From Octopus sinensis (lineage: Eukaryota), in contig NC_042999.1 in NCBI RefSeq assembly GCF_006345805.1, positions 7,564,001-7,628,000 of the forward strand: DNA of 64,000 nt, given 5' to 3'. Made by a program: the position numbers and the translations under genes. The first letter of the stretch is position 1; every line of letters starts with the position of its first letter. Positions 1 through 11,830 of the stretch are shown here, piece by piece. Below the pieces are notes generated by a model, which worked only from the letters and a program-made list of their open reading frames with translations, did not search any database and was not told where the DNA came from.

Positions 1-594
1 TACACATAAAAAATATGGCCTCCAATAGACAAAAGATATCGTGCAGAATGTCAAACCACAAAAAGTTATAACAAAAGAGTTAATTGAAATTAGTAAAATC
101 TCATGGTATATAAAGCACTTCAGAAATGGAGACATATGGTTAAAAAAAACCGTGAACACCTCAATGGCAAATATATTTTAGGGTCATCGAAATATCAGAC
201 ACGGCAAACAGATGAGTTTATTTCGAAGTGCCGGTATCAGAAGAAGGTCTTTCTCATCTCAACTGTACTATCGAGACAGGTTAAATATAGATAAACGAAC
301 TATTTTAATCTCCAAAGACTACCATAACAATCATGCTAATAAATATTGACTGCTAGTAACACACACTCAAGCAGCCCTTTTCGACCGAAGATTCTGTGAT
401 GCAAGGAAGGGAGATGAAACTCGAAAAACTGAAATGATGTAAACTAGAAGAAGAAAAAAAATATACGAGATTTTCTAAACTGATAGTAAGTCCTTCATGT
501 TCTTTGATTTAGTTCCAGCGTTATCGTGAATGTTATTATAAACATGCACACTGGCATACAATTTATCATTCTCTCACGCGCGCACACAAGTACA

Positions 595-609
595 GATATA
601 TGTATATAT

Positions 610-666
<57 letters not shown>

Positions 667-895
667 ATATATATAACATATATATATATACATATTGTAT
701 ATATATATATATATATATATACAATATGTATATATATGTGAGTGTATAGATCTATATATGTATGATATAAGTGTATATATATATATATATATATATATGT
801 ACATACATACACATATACATACAGACAGGCAGACACATACATGCAAATATATACATGCGTGTATGTGCTTCTTTGGGTGTTTGTATGTGTATGTA

Positions 896-943
<48 letters not shown>

Positions 944-950
944 ACATATA
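595..950. repeat. (TA)n/(TATG)n compound microsatellite
   Basis: Near-pure TA/TG dinucleotide runs; source of spurious YI-rich ORFs. Confidence 0.97.
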
Positions 951-1791
951 TGCATGTGTGTCAAGGAAGAGAAAATAATGTTCAAATAAAAACGAAGTTA
1001 TTCATAAAAACAGAGAATGGTACTTCATCATGTGTGTAATATACGCACACACACACACACACACACACACACGCATGTACGCATTTGTACATATGCTTAA
1101 ATATGTTTTTACGGAGTGTGTCTGTGTGCATGAGGTGTAAATATAAATGAACTGGAGTGAAAGAGAATCTAGGGAGATAGAAAAAAAGAAGGAAAGAGTA
1201 TAGATAAAAAGGAAGCCATTATTCGATGTAAGCAGTCAGTAATAGAGTTACATGGAAGATAAACCAGTGCAAAGAATTGTGTTTGGACGTGTAGAAATTG
1301 ATTTGCGCAAAAATTAACCATTTTCGAAATATTTTCGGGCGACTATCACTACACAACGCTGTTTTTGGTTGATGATATAAAATATGAGTACCATAAATAC
1401 ATTTTGGCGGAAATAACTGAGATACGATATGCAAATAGGTAGACGAGTCCTTCACGGATATTTATGGATAAATACATACGTATATACATGTGTGTGTTGT
1501 GTATGGATATAACATACATATATATGCACATGCATATATACATATGTACACATACACTTGCACTTTCACAGGCAAGAGTACATTTCTAAGAATTCCATAC
1601 ATACATACATACATACATTATTATGGCTGCCTCCTCGTTATCGAGTATGGCCATTGCACGAAGCTTAACTGTTACTGGTGCTGTGATCGACTGCGACCCT
1701 CCAGCCCAACCAAAGATCCATACATACATACATACATACATACATACAAACATACATACATACAAACATACATACATATATACATACATAC

Positions 1792-1910
1792 AATCAAAGA
1801 AAAACACCCTGTTGTTGATATTGGAATTCCAATGAAGGAGCCTTGGATCTAGGTTAGAAACCGGCACTTTCTTTATTGGCAAGAAGTCTTGAAATAAAAC
1901 TGAACAATGC
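1792..1910 (+). mobile_element. 3'-terminal module of RLE-type LINE embedded in (CATA)n
   Basis: gaaggagccttggatctaggttagaaaccgg...cttgaaataaaactgaacaatg recurs at about 17745-17865 (+) and in part at 36100-36170 (-), where it lies downstream of the LINE coding end. Confidence 0.75.
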
Positions 1911-2022
1911 CATACATACACACACACACATACACGCACGCGCCCATCCACCCATATGCGTGTATAGAATTATATCGTACGATTCGTGATTTGAATGGCT
2001 TTACCTGGTGGTGCTATAAAGG

Positions 2023-2079
2023 TAGACATGGCCTGGGCCTATACTGGCCGAAACATATCAATATATCAAAGTATATATT

Positions 2080-2136
<57 letters not shown>

Positions 2137-2143
2137 ACATATA

Positions 2144-2213
<70 letters not shown>

Positions 2214-2264
2214 TACTTTGATATTTTGATGGATTTCGGCCAGTATTGGCCCAGGCCATGTCTA
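2023..2264. repeat. 55-bp inverted repeat enclosing a (TA)n tract
   Basis: Arms 2023-2077 and 2210-2264 are reverse complements with about 5 mismatches. Confidence 0.9.
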
Positions 2265-2269
2265 ACTTA

Positions 2270-2305
<36 letters not shown>

Positions 2306-2942
2306 TGTAGATTTCGTTTTGGGATTGGTTTGCAAGATTCTTTATATGAGTTCGTGTGTTGAAGCATATTCTGTTGTGTCTGGGGAGAGTCATTTTCTTT
2401 TTGTGCCTTATAATATAACACACTCACCGGTAAAATTTCCACTTTTTTCTTATTTTTATTTTCCTAAAATTTTCGTTGCGTCTTGCAACCTTTTCAATGG
2501 TCTTCACTCTGTCCGTTATTTACACTGCGTTCCCTTTTGTTTGTTTGTGCGCATGTGTGTGGGTCAGTATGTGTATGTGTGTGTGCGTGTGCCTATGTAT
2601 GCATGCATGTACGTATGTATGTGGGTGCATTTGTATGTACGTATCTTGCATATTTATGTGCTTGCATCTCCGTGTTTGTGTATTTTCTATGTATGTCTGT
2701 GTGAGCATGTGTTTGTATATGTATGCACCTCTGTCTCCTTGTGTGTACATGTGTTATGCAACTGTGTACAATGTTTGTATGTACGGATGTGCATCTCTAT
2801 ATGTGTGGACCCGTGTCTCCATATGCGTCCTTGTGTGGAGTAAAGTGTGTGTGTGTATATGGTCATGTGTTTCAGTCTCCTTTTGCGTATGTGTGATTGT
2901 CTGTTCTTATAACCTAGAAAGAAATGAGATAATATTCCATAC

Positions 2943-3055
2943 CAAAACTTGGCATCTGAAGTAACTGGAGATACGATAGTTTGACCAAAAGAACCGGTTA
3001 TTGCAAGCAAAACTAAACATTGGAGAAAAGAACGCATTTGGTTGAATTTGGACAT
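2943..3055 (-). CDS. Possible first coding exon with signal-peptide-like N-terminus (unconfirmed)
   Basis: MSKFNQMRSFLQCLVLLAITGSFGQTIVSPVTSDAKF followed by TG|gtatgg donor-like site; no compatible downstream exon found. Confidence 0.25.
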
Positions 3056-3094
3056 ACGACAGTTTAACATAAAAACAACGAAATATATATATAT

Positions 3095-3369
3095 ATCTCT
3101 GAATAGAGGGGACAAACAAGGACAGACAAAGGGATTAAGATGATTACATCGACCCCAGTGCGAAACTAGTACTTTATTTATCGACCGCATATATATATAT
3201 ATATATATACGACAGAAGCTTTTTAGTTTCCGTCTGCCAAATCTCCTCACAAGGTTTTGGTTAATCTGAAGATATAGTGGATGACACTTGCCCAAGATGA
3301 CATGCAGCAGGACTGAACCCAGAACCATGTGGTTAGGAAGAAAGCGTCTTACCACACAGCCACTCCTGT
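3095..3369 (-). mobile_element. Chimeric SINE: S1 tRNA-like head plus S3-type 3' part
   Basis: S1 head at 3210-3369; S3 tail (ggggtcgatgtaatc...tgtttgtcccctct on minus strand) at 3095-3185. Confidence 0.75.
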
Positions 3370-3758
3370 ACTCTTTTTACTCTTTTACTTGTTTCAGTCA
3401 TTTGACTGCGGCCATGCTAGGGCACCGCCTTTAATCGAGAAACTCGACCCCGGGACCTATTCTTTTGTAAGCCCAGTACTTATTCTATCGGTCTCTTTTG
3501 CCGAACCGCTAAGTGACGGGGACATAAACACACCAGCATCGGTTGTCAAGCAATGCTAGGGGACAAACACAGACACACAAACACACACACGCATATACAT
3601 ATATATATACATATATACGACGGGCTTCTTTCAGTTTCCGTCTACCAAATCCACTCACAAGGCTTTGGTCGGCCCGGGGCTATAGCAGAAGACACTTGCC
3701 CAAGGTGCCACGCAGTGGGACTGAACCCGGAACCATGCGGTTGGTAGACAAGCTACTT
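3370..3758 (-). mobile_element. tRNA-derived SINE S1, interrupted in its head by the 3759-5727 insertion; remaining 5' end at 5728-5760
   Basis: Matches other S1 copies; the missing ttaccacacagccac segment resumes at 5742-5756. Confidence 0.9.
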
Positions 3759-5727
3759 TATTTCAAAACATTTGCCATAAAGGCCGTACACAGATTAAGT
3801 TAGCTTTGCGGCTGGACGAGGACATTAATGAAGTGAATGATAATGAAAGACAGATGATAAGGATGGGAGAAGACAAAAAGCGCCCGCCGACTTTCGCTTC
3901 TCTAAAACATTGTTCTTTTTACAAAACGAGGTATTAAACCTCTTTCAATTTTTCAATTTTTGGACTTAGCAGTCCATTATTAATACTAACAGTTCAATAA
4001 TTACATATCGTCCTCGAAATAGCTTGTGCCCGCGCCCTCCACCATCAAACACGCCTCCCTCAGAACGTAATCAAGTTCAGAGTTCGCGTCGCCCGGGACC
4101 AAGCTATAATCTTCATTGAGCTCCTTTAGCCCAAGCGTCACGTCGAACGCCACGGCCTCCACAGCTATCTGCGCAGGCCATTCGGGGTCCTGTGTGAAGG
4201 CTAAAGGAGCTCCCTTGTGGTACTCTTCCATCATTTTTTTTTCAATTTCTCCTCCTGTATAGAAGAGGACCAATACGTTCAGTTCTTTCGTTGGCGGCAC
4301 AGTTCCCGCCAACGTCTGCGGCTCATGGATATCAGCCGCCCGACCTTTCTTTCTTTTTCTCCTCCTTCTTTTGGGGGAGACTGCTGACCCAGGGGACTCC
4401 GTCACCAGACACGGGGGATCACTATCCCCCTCCGCCACCTGAGCGTTCTTTGGCGAGCAGCCATTGTTGTTCGCCTGTCACTTTCTTTTCGTGGAGGCAA
4501 CCTCCTCCACGACTTCCACCGTCTCCCCCTCCAATGAGGGGGCGGCGGGCGCCTTTTCCCCTTCATGCTCCGGGGCACCACCACGGCCCCCGGGACAATT
4601 CCTCTTGATATGTCCGGGCTTCAGGCACAGGTGACACTTGGGGGGGCGTCCCTCGAGTATCACCGGGTACCTGTGCCCAGCCATTCTCAGGAAGTCCGGG
4701 AATTTCATTTCTCCCACGGCCACCGGTGTCCACAGGGTCAAAGTTGCCTTTGACCCCTCCCAGGCGACCGCGGGAGCCATTTTCACACTCAGTAGTCTGG
4801 GTCCGCTATCCCCCAGGCCTCGCCGGATGGTTTTCTCGATCCATTCCGCCTCCGTGCCCGGGGGCAGCCCACAAACCCAGGCTCTTTTTACTTTTCTGCC
4901 ACAATACGAGGGGAGGAACAAAATTTCCTCTCCCTCCAGTGGCTCGCTAGCAAATCTGCTAGCTTCCTCCGGGGTACCAAACAGCAACCACACCGTTGCA
5001 AATTTACTCCCCCGAGAAATAAACTTTATCGTTGGTAGGTGGTCCCCCAACTATTTCTCTATGGTGCTCCTGTCGAAGAGGGCGATAGCTCCACGCGACC
5101 TAGAATAGGTTCGTAGAACCACCGTCCTCTTCTCAAGACTTTCAATCCACTGCTTGGGTGGGACAACTTCCCATTCCAAAGCAGTGGTTTCTTTTGTTGC
5201 CATGATTTTGAAAAAAAGTTCAACTAAAAGTTCAAAGTCCAATAAGAAAAAAACACAATGACAGAACAGAAAGACAGAACAGAGAAAAGGACGAAGGAAG
5301 ACAGTTCAAATAATCGCAACACAGTTCTGCAACTGGTAATCCTCACGAAACAGGGTACTCCTAGTTGCAGCACACTTGGTTCTCCGTGGTAAATCCAAGC
5401 ACAATTGGTTCTCCGTGGTAAATCCAAGCGAACAAATTAATTTTTGAGGAGGGGCTATGCCTCTTCAAAATACACAATTCTCACTAAAAGGTGAGACAAT
5501 AAATACGCCAACAGGCAGAACAAATACATCCGAAGCAAAGTGAAGCTTATTACGCGCAGAAAAGTGTTAACGCTAATTAACATTAATGCCAAAAAAGTAT
5601 TAACGGCAAGCAATAAACCTCACTATGCTTCCAAATATATCCAAAATGTCCTACCTGTTGCCGTAAAATGTTCAATAATTCACGTTAACACGTGACATTT
5701 GCTGGAGCAAAAAACAGCATGTCTGTC
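3759..5727 (-). mobile_element. ORF1-only Tx1/L1-like non-LTR element (about 1.97 kb) with about 17-bp target-site duplication
   Basis: About 520-bp 5'UTR with a short tandem duplication (5375-5430), ORF1 with CCHC knuckle, about 240-bp 3'UTR ending in AATAAA; flanks tggtagacaagctactt (3742-3758) and tggtaagaagctactt (5728-5743). Confidence 0.8.
4001..5203 (-). pseudogene. Gag-like ORF1 (zinc knuckle CHLCLKPGHIKRNC) with two in-frame stops
   Basis: Track ORFs 5051-5242, 4478-5050 and 4001-4438 share one frame; C-X2-C-X4-H-X4-C at 4595-4636; ATG at 5203. Confidence 0.85.
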
Positions 5728-6547
5728 TGGTAAGAAGCTACTTACCACACAGCCACACCTATATATATATATTTCAAATATATTCATATTTTTATAAAAA
5801 ATGATAATTTCTCTGTTAATCTAATTCTTCCGTGTTAGCCTGGTTTATAAGGGCGCTTTTGCGGAGGTTTTGTAAAACTATTAACAAATTTTAATATTTA
5901 CGATTCTCTCCGTTCCATTCCAGCATTCATTTCTACATTTCAGTTCTTTATATATAAAACATAATTTTATCGGCGATGCTTCCTATTCTAATAGCTGTTG
6001 GAAGCATCTCAACAGTTAAGACTACTTGAAAAACGGTGTTGTATCAGGCGAATATATTCCTAAAACGTGTGCATATATTTACCTTAATATGCTAGTATGT
6101 TATTTCCCAATATAATCTAGGTTTAGCCATCATTACGTTTCTGAGTCTCCAGCAACCCTCCTTCAGAGTCACAGTTTAATCGCCAATAACCCAAGCATGT
6201 GACATGTTGCAGTAGAGAACACGCCACTGCCAACACTCAGAGTCACTGGGAATAATTGAGAGAGTCACCGAAGATAATAAACAGAATAACCTGCAATAAT
6301 TGGCGTAATTAACATATTATGGGTATAGAAAATATATCAACATCCCTATAGGTTTACTGAGATATTTTTCACATAATTTTATTTTAAATATTTGTGAGAT
6401 ATCTGCTAAAATGCTTAACATAAAAAAATACCTTCGTTATATTCGATACATATATATGGCATATAAATATATATACATAATGCCATAAGTGTATATATAT
6501 ATGTTTGTATATATATATGTGTGTGTGTATATATATATATATATATA

Positions 6548-6738
6548 CTTTATTTAAAAGCAGCAGAAATTCAACAAAACCTGTTACTCTGAGTTTCACG
6601 TTCCCGTTCGTCGGGAACGTGAAACTCAGAGTAACGGTTTTGTTGAATTTCTGCTGCATTTAGATAAAGCATATTACTCTACCCCTGGTATTTGAGTACT
6701 CTTTTTTCTACCTTGTTTCACATTTATGTGTTTACTCC

Positions 6739-6741
<3 letters not shown>
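6548..6741 (-). mobile_element. Family B Penelope-like hairpin repeat with hammerhead-like motif
   Basis: About 47-bp-stem hairpin 6560-6657; homologous to 33236-33445; minus strand 6581-6614 reads CCGACGA-ACG GGAA CGT-GAAAC-TCAGA-GT-A-ACAG; flanked by (TA)n. Confidence 0.8.
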
Positions 6742-6831
<90 letters not shown>

Positions 6832-7041
6832 TATACACACATAAAGTTGTACTATAAGAATATAAAATATGGATTCAGAGAATCGTGTGGCTATCGTTGT
6901 TGAAAGCGTCTCTAACGCATTCGGCTATCAGATGACATTGTATTCCAATACAGACAAGGGTAATTCTAAGGATATTAAGCGGTTATAGAAATATATTCAC
7001 CAACTAAAACTACTGAATTTTGTTAGTTGATATATATTACT

Positions 7042-7337
7042 ATTTTTTAACCCCAGAAAATCACTTTCTGTAGCTCGTTAACGACACAACCTGTTTCCGA
7101 TATATTGCAAGCAGAGAAGCGAAACCCTACCTTCAAGCGATATGGCGTTCAGGGGCGAACGACTGCGATCTCTAGCGGACAGGTGTCCAGTGCTGAGGAA
7201 GGGCAAATACCCTGAAACCAAGCTAGTCTACCGGCCCTGTGAAATCGATAGTTGTTAGGAGTTTGCTCCCCTGCTTGTAAAATATAAGACAAGTTGTGTC
7301 GTTAACCAACTGGAGAAAGTATTCTGGTATTAAAAAG
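7042..7337 (+). mobile_element. Family E element: diverged inverted arms enclosing a hammerhead
   Basis: Arms about 7042-7130 and 7255-7337; core 18-mer gttaacgacacaacctgt matches 17/18. Confidence 0.7.
7187..7234 (+). ncRNA. Type I hammerhead ribozyme motif with canonical core (family E)
   Basis: CCAGTG-CTGAGGA-AGGG CAAATA CCCT-GAAAC-CAAGCTA-GTC-TACCGG; helix I 5 of 6 pairs; predicted cleavage after C7228. Confidence 0.75.
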
Positions 7338-7829
7338 GAGGAGTGGCATTGTTCTGCACAGAACAGCCATGTTGAAGTGGCAACAAACCTTACTTTTCTG
7401 TAAAGTTACAACTTACATCCCTTATAGAGATTTTAGAAACTTCTCCCATTTGTTACTTTGTGTTACCCTGCCAACGTGTCATGACCTACAGCCATATTGT
7501 ATTATTTGTTTGTTACTTACGGGGGGAATCGACACACGAGGGGTGTGTAGCAAATAACTCTTGTTTATAAACATGTTTTTCGGTCATTTTATGATGAACA
7601 ATGCAGAAATTGTTGACACCAAAATCATGTAAAATGGCAGCTTAGATTAGAACGAAATCTTAACATTGCCCCCCACCCCAAATGACCGACATTTAGGGAC
7701 GTAGAGGTATCCGTATTGCAGAAAGTAAGGTACATGGAAAGAAAGATGCTTCATTGTGAAAAGCACCCTCTGTGTAATGCTTGGACAGATTGCACACTTC
7801 AACATATTTTATGTGAAGCCGACAATGCT

Positions 7830-9110
7830 CCTGGGTAAACTATGTTTTGTATAAGTCTAGTGCTAAGAAGAATAAATATACAAGTCATCTGCACTGCTAA
7901 CTCGAGAGAATGCGACATATAGTTGTCCGTGAAAAAAGCAGGGTATTTGTAAATTGAGGCTGACAATGTTTTAAAGTTTGACCCTGGGCTTTGTTGATTG
8001 TCATAGCAAAGCACAATCGCATTGGGAATTGGAGGCGCTTGCATTGAAATGGCACATTTAAGGGAATAAGGGGTGTGCGTGGAATGTATGCGATCTCTCT
8101 CTCTCTCTCTCCTCAATGGCAGCCAGCAGTAAGGGTTCCTTCTAGGACATGACTTGTCATTGTAGTTACAGTTAATCTTGTACCATTGCATGGCCGTGGT
8201 GGGTCGAAATTCCTCAAGAGCATTGATAGGTGCACCTTTCTCTAGGAACGACTTATGAAGTGGCAATCTTGTGGGTTGTAGAGAGTTGAGAATTTCAACT
8301 GGATACTGAAGAGTGGCATGTTCGTCGATGGTAGTATCCATGGAGACAAACGTTGAAGCATCTCCCGGTAGAATGTTGAGGCGTTCATGGAATGCTTTAT
8401 CAATGCTTTCATTCCGAAGTGCTAAAATCGCTCTCTTTGCGAACCATGCTATGTTTTTGAAGTTGTTGGACAACGTGGGAAATACCTTTTCCTTAAGCTC
8501 GGTCAATGTGGACACAATGTGCCCACATTGCAGTACATGCTGCTGCAGGGTGTTATTCAACGTTAATGCGCCATTTCCAATTTGTAGAAGTTGATGAGAA
8601 TATTCTTCGTTGTAGAGACGAGCTCGCATATTCTTGCTTAATGAAGGCTGACAAAGAAACCTTCACAAAGGTAAAGATTTCAGGCACGCATAGATTTAGT
8701 CAGATCGCGTACTCTGTGGTATGACTGGTAATATATGACGGAAATCCCATGCGAGGACAACAGTTATGGCCTCCGTAATGGCAGTATTGTTTCTAATACC
8801 CCTTAATGATCTCTCTAAGGGCTTCTAGTGCACTGCGATCTGCCATTGTGCATTTATCCCAGACAATAAGTGTAGTTTGGAGCAGAACTTCCACCGTTGG
8901 TGATCTTTTGAAGTATCGTACGTTTGGGCATCGTTGATGTGTGCTTTCCTGACCACGAATAGAGACAATTTTCTTTGCAACCCTTGTTTGTGGAGATAAA
9001 TTAGAATGTCTTCGCGTTGGTGGCAGGGCAGAAAAGAGCGAACGATTAAGTAAAAAAAGATAAAAGACAGCAATTTGAAGTTGTGCATTGGATAATTCCA
9101 TTTTTTAGTA
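7830..9110 (-). pseudogene. Helitron RepHel PIF1-like helicase C-terminal fragment, frameshifted
   Basis: LIVWDKCTMADRSALEAL (Walker B region), GDFRHILPV, YPVEILNSLQPTRLPLH, HGQLYVAFSRV motifs across frames. Confidence 0.92.
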
Positions 9111-9314
9111 ACGAATGAAGAGATATGGAAGAATTCACGTCAATTTGTATAGCGTTATTGCGAGTAGAAGCGGTAAACTCTGAATGATTTGGCAATTTTC
9201 TATGTAGATAAGCGTAATGCATTCTGTTAGCTGATATATAGTAGAGTGGATTACCGGTGTAATGGAAGTTGTTGTTTGTCCAGAAGTGAAGCGGGGGAGA
9301 AAAGAAGAAAAGCT

Positions 9315-10118
9315 GGCGAGCTGGCAGAAACGTTAGCGCGCCGGGCGAAATGCTTAGCAGTATTTCGTCTGCCGTTACGTTCTGAGTTCAAATTCAACTT
9401 TGCCAATCATCCGTTCGGGGTTGATTAAATAAGTACCGGTTACGCATTGGGGTCGATATAATTGACTTAATCTGTTTGTCTGGCCTTGTTTGTCCCCTCT
9501 GTGTTTAGCCCCTTGTGGGTAGTAAAGAAATACGTATTTCGTCTGCCGCTACGTTCTGAGCTCAAATTCTGCCAAGGTCGACTTTGCCTTTCATCCTTTC
9601 GGGGTCGATAAATTAAGTACCAGTCACGCCCTGGGGTCGATGTAATCGACTCAATCCGTTTGTCTGTCCTTGTTTGTCCCCTCTATGTTTATCCCCTTGT
9701 TGGCAATAAAGAAATAAGAAACGTTAAAACGCCGGGCGAAATGCTTAGCGGTATTTCGTCTGCGTTATGTTGTGAGTTCAAATTCCGCCGAGGTCGACAT
9801 TGCCTTTCATCCTTTCGGGGTCGATAAATTAAGTACCAGTTACGCACTGGGGTCGATGTAATCGACTTAATACCTATGTCTGTCCTTGTTTGTCCCCTCT
9901 GTGTTTAGCCCCTTGTGGGTAATAAAGAAATAGGTATTTCGTCTGCCGTTACGTTCTCAGTTCAAATTCCGCCGAGGTCGACTTTGCCTTTCATCCTTTC
10001 GGGGTCGATAAATTAAGTACCAGTCACGCACTGGGGTCGATGTAATCGACTTAATCTGTTTGTCTGTCTTTGTTTGTCCCCTCTCTGTGTAGCCCCTTAT
10101 GAGCAATTAAGAAATAAG
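9315..10118 (+). mobile_element. Tandem array of four S3 SINE units
   Basis: Units begin near 9315, 9534, 9718 and 9933; B-box-like gagttcaaattcc and tail gtaaagaaata repeated. Confidence 0.93.
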
Positions 10119-10796
10119 AAGTGAAGCGAGGATGGGGGTACAATTTGCATAAAAGTAATTTATGTTCTCAAGAAGGATCACAAACTATGTACTGAATAAA
10201 GGGGTTCAGAAATTATAATTATAATTTCTCCTCTCCTCACCGAAATTTCCTAATCTTTAACTGTTTAATGCAAATATTTCAATAAAAATAAAGTTCACTT
10301 GGTAGTGGAAATAGTACTGAATCTTTTGATACCCCATACGTGAAAATCAGTGACTCGGTTTTGGAATGCATAAGGAACATACGTACAGACACACATAAAA
10401 CTCTCACATAAATGTATATGTGTGTGTGTGTGTGGTGTATACAGTATAATCAATAAAAATGTCTCGTTACAGAAACATATGAAGCATGGATTATACTCTT
10501 TTAACTTTGTTGTGTATACATCCTCACATGTATCTTCACATATACTTACATACGGCAACAGAAGATAGGCTGTAAACGTTTGTTGTGTTTATATTTCTGT
10601 GTATGTTTCTCGCAATGAATCTTTTGTATTCTATAATCTCATGGTTTCAGAGTTGCCCTCCGTTGAAATAAGGTTGAGACCTTTTCAGGGAATTTCCAGT
10701 GGATAATTAAAATTTATATGTATGTGTATGTCTCTGCATGTGACTACGTGTGACTGTGTGCATGTATGTGTGCGTGTGAACACGCATACATGTATA

Positions 10797-11193
10797 TCTT
10801 TATATATAAAAGTGAGGTTGTGTGCTTTCTGTCTCCTACGATTTAGATTCCTAACTACTCCCACATTTTGCGGTGCAGTTTAACCAAAACCGGGTATCTT
10901 ATAGTCGTGATTCATATCGAGCCCCTCTGGGTATTAGCGCGCGTCTGCGATGAGTCTACGATTAAAAAAAAATTACCATCATTTTTGTCCATTTTAATGC
11001 ATTCTTTCGCTATTATATAAGGGAAGTAACTCTCTAAAAATGTCTACGATGACTCAACGATTAAAAAAAATTTACCATCATTTTTTTCCCATTTTTAATG
11101 CATTTTTTTGATATTTTTTGGCTATAACTCTCTAAAAATGCTTATATAGTTATTTCCCTTACAAACCCGAGCAATACCGGGCGATACTGGTAG
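10797..11193 (+). mobile_element. Non-autonomous Helitron copy 1
   Basis: 5' TC..tatatataaaa; 3' hairpin cccgagcaataccggg then gtag (mutated CTAG); A|T target. Confidence 0.85.
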
Positions 11194-11247
<54 letters not shown>

Positions 11248-11830
11248 AGATAGATAGATATATATATATAGATACATATATATATACATATATATGTATA
11301 CATGTATATATGTATGTATACATAATATACATATATATGTATACATCCATCCATCTATCCATCCATACATACATACATACATACATACATACATACATAC
11401 ATACATACATACATACATACATACGTACATACATACGTACATACATACATACATAGATTCATGCTTACGTGTTTATGTATAAACGTTGGTGTGCAAACAC
11501 AGGAGACTCATACTTCTTAACTTAGACGGAATTCGGATAATGATTTGTAAATTTAGAAGTAGTAGTCTGAGTACTTCAAGGAACAAGCCATAATAATACT
11601 CGATATTAATGGGTTTTTATCTGGCGTAGGAGGGACACAAATACAATGAAATAGCCTCCACAAGGAATTCAGCAGGCAGAAGGCTTTATAGTGTAGACGA
11701 CTACACTGCTATGTATTGATTTCTGTTAATTATAAAATTTGCCAGATAAAAACTCCATTTTGTTGATAAATCTAAACACCGCAACACAGTTCAGTATAAA
11801 GAACGTTAGAACAACTACCGCTTTGCGATA

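Noticed and set aside
1210-1440. Protein-like plus-strand stretch (IFEIFSGDYHYTTLFLVDDIKYEYHK) ending at a GT
   Set aside because: Upstream in-frame stop with no acceptor in between; no recognisable family
495-2843. Long ORFs rich in Y, I, C, V, M (also 11142-11482, 14523-15377, 21647-22199, 35964-36395, 45736-46488)
   Set aside because: Translations of (TA)n, (TG)n and (CATA)n microsatellites, which lack stops in some frames
6125-6175. Minus-strand CTGAAGGA...GAAACGTA resembling a hammerhead
   Set aside because: Core has an extra or wrong base and helices I and II do not pair convincingly
9315-10118. Regular repeats that could be mistaken for a CRISPR array or tRNA cluster
   Set aside because: Units are about 185-220 bp SINE copies found dispersed elsewhere, with no unique spacers and no complete cloverleaf
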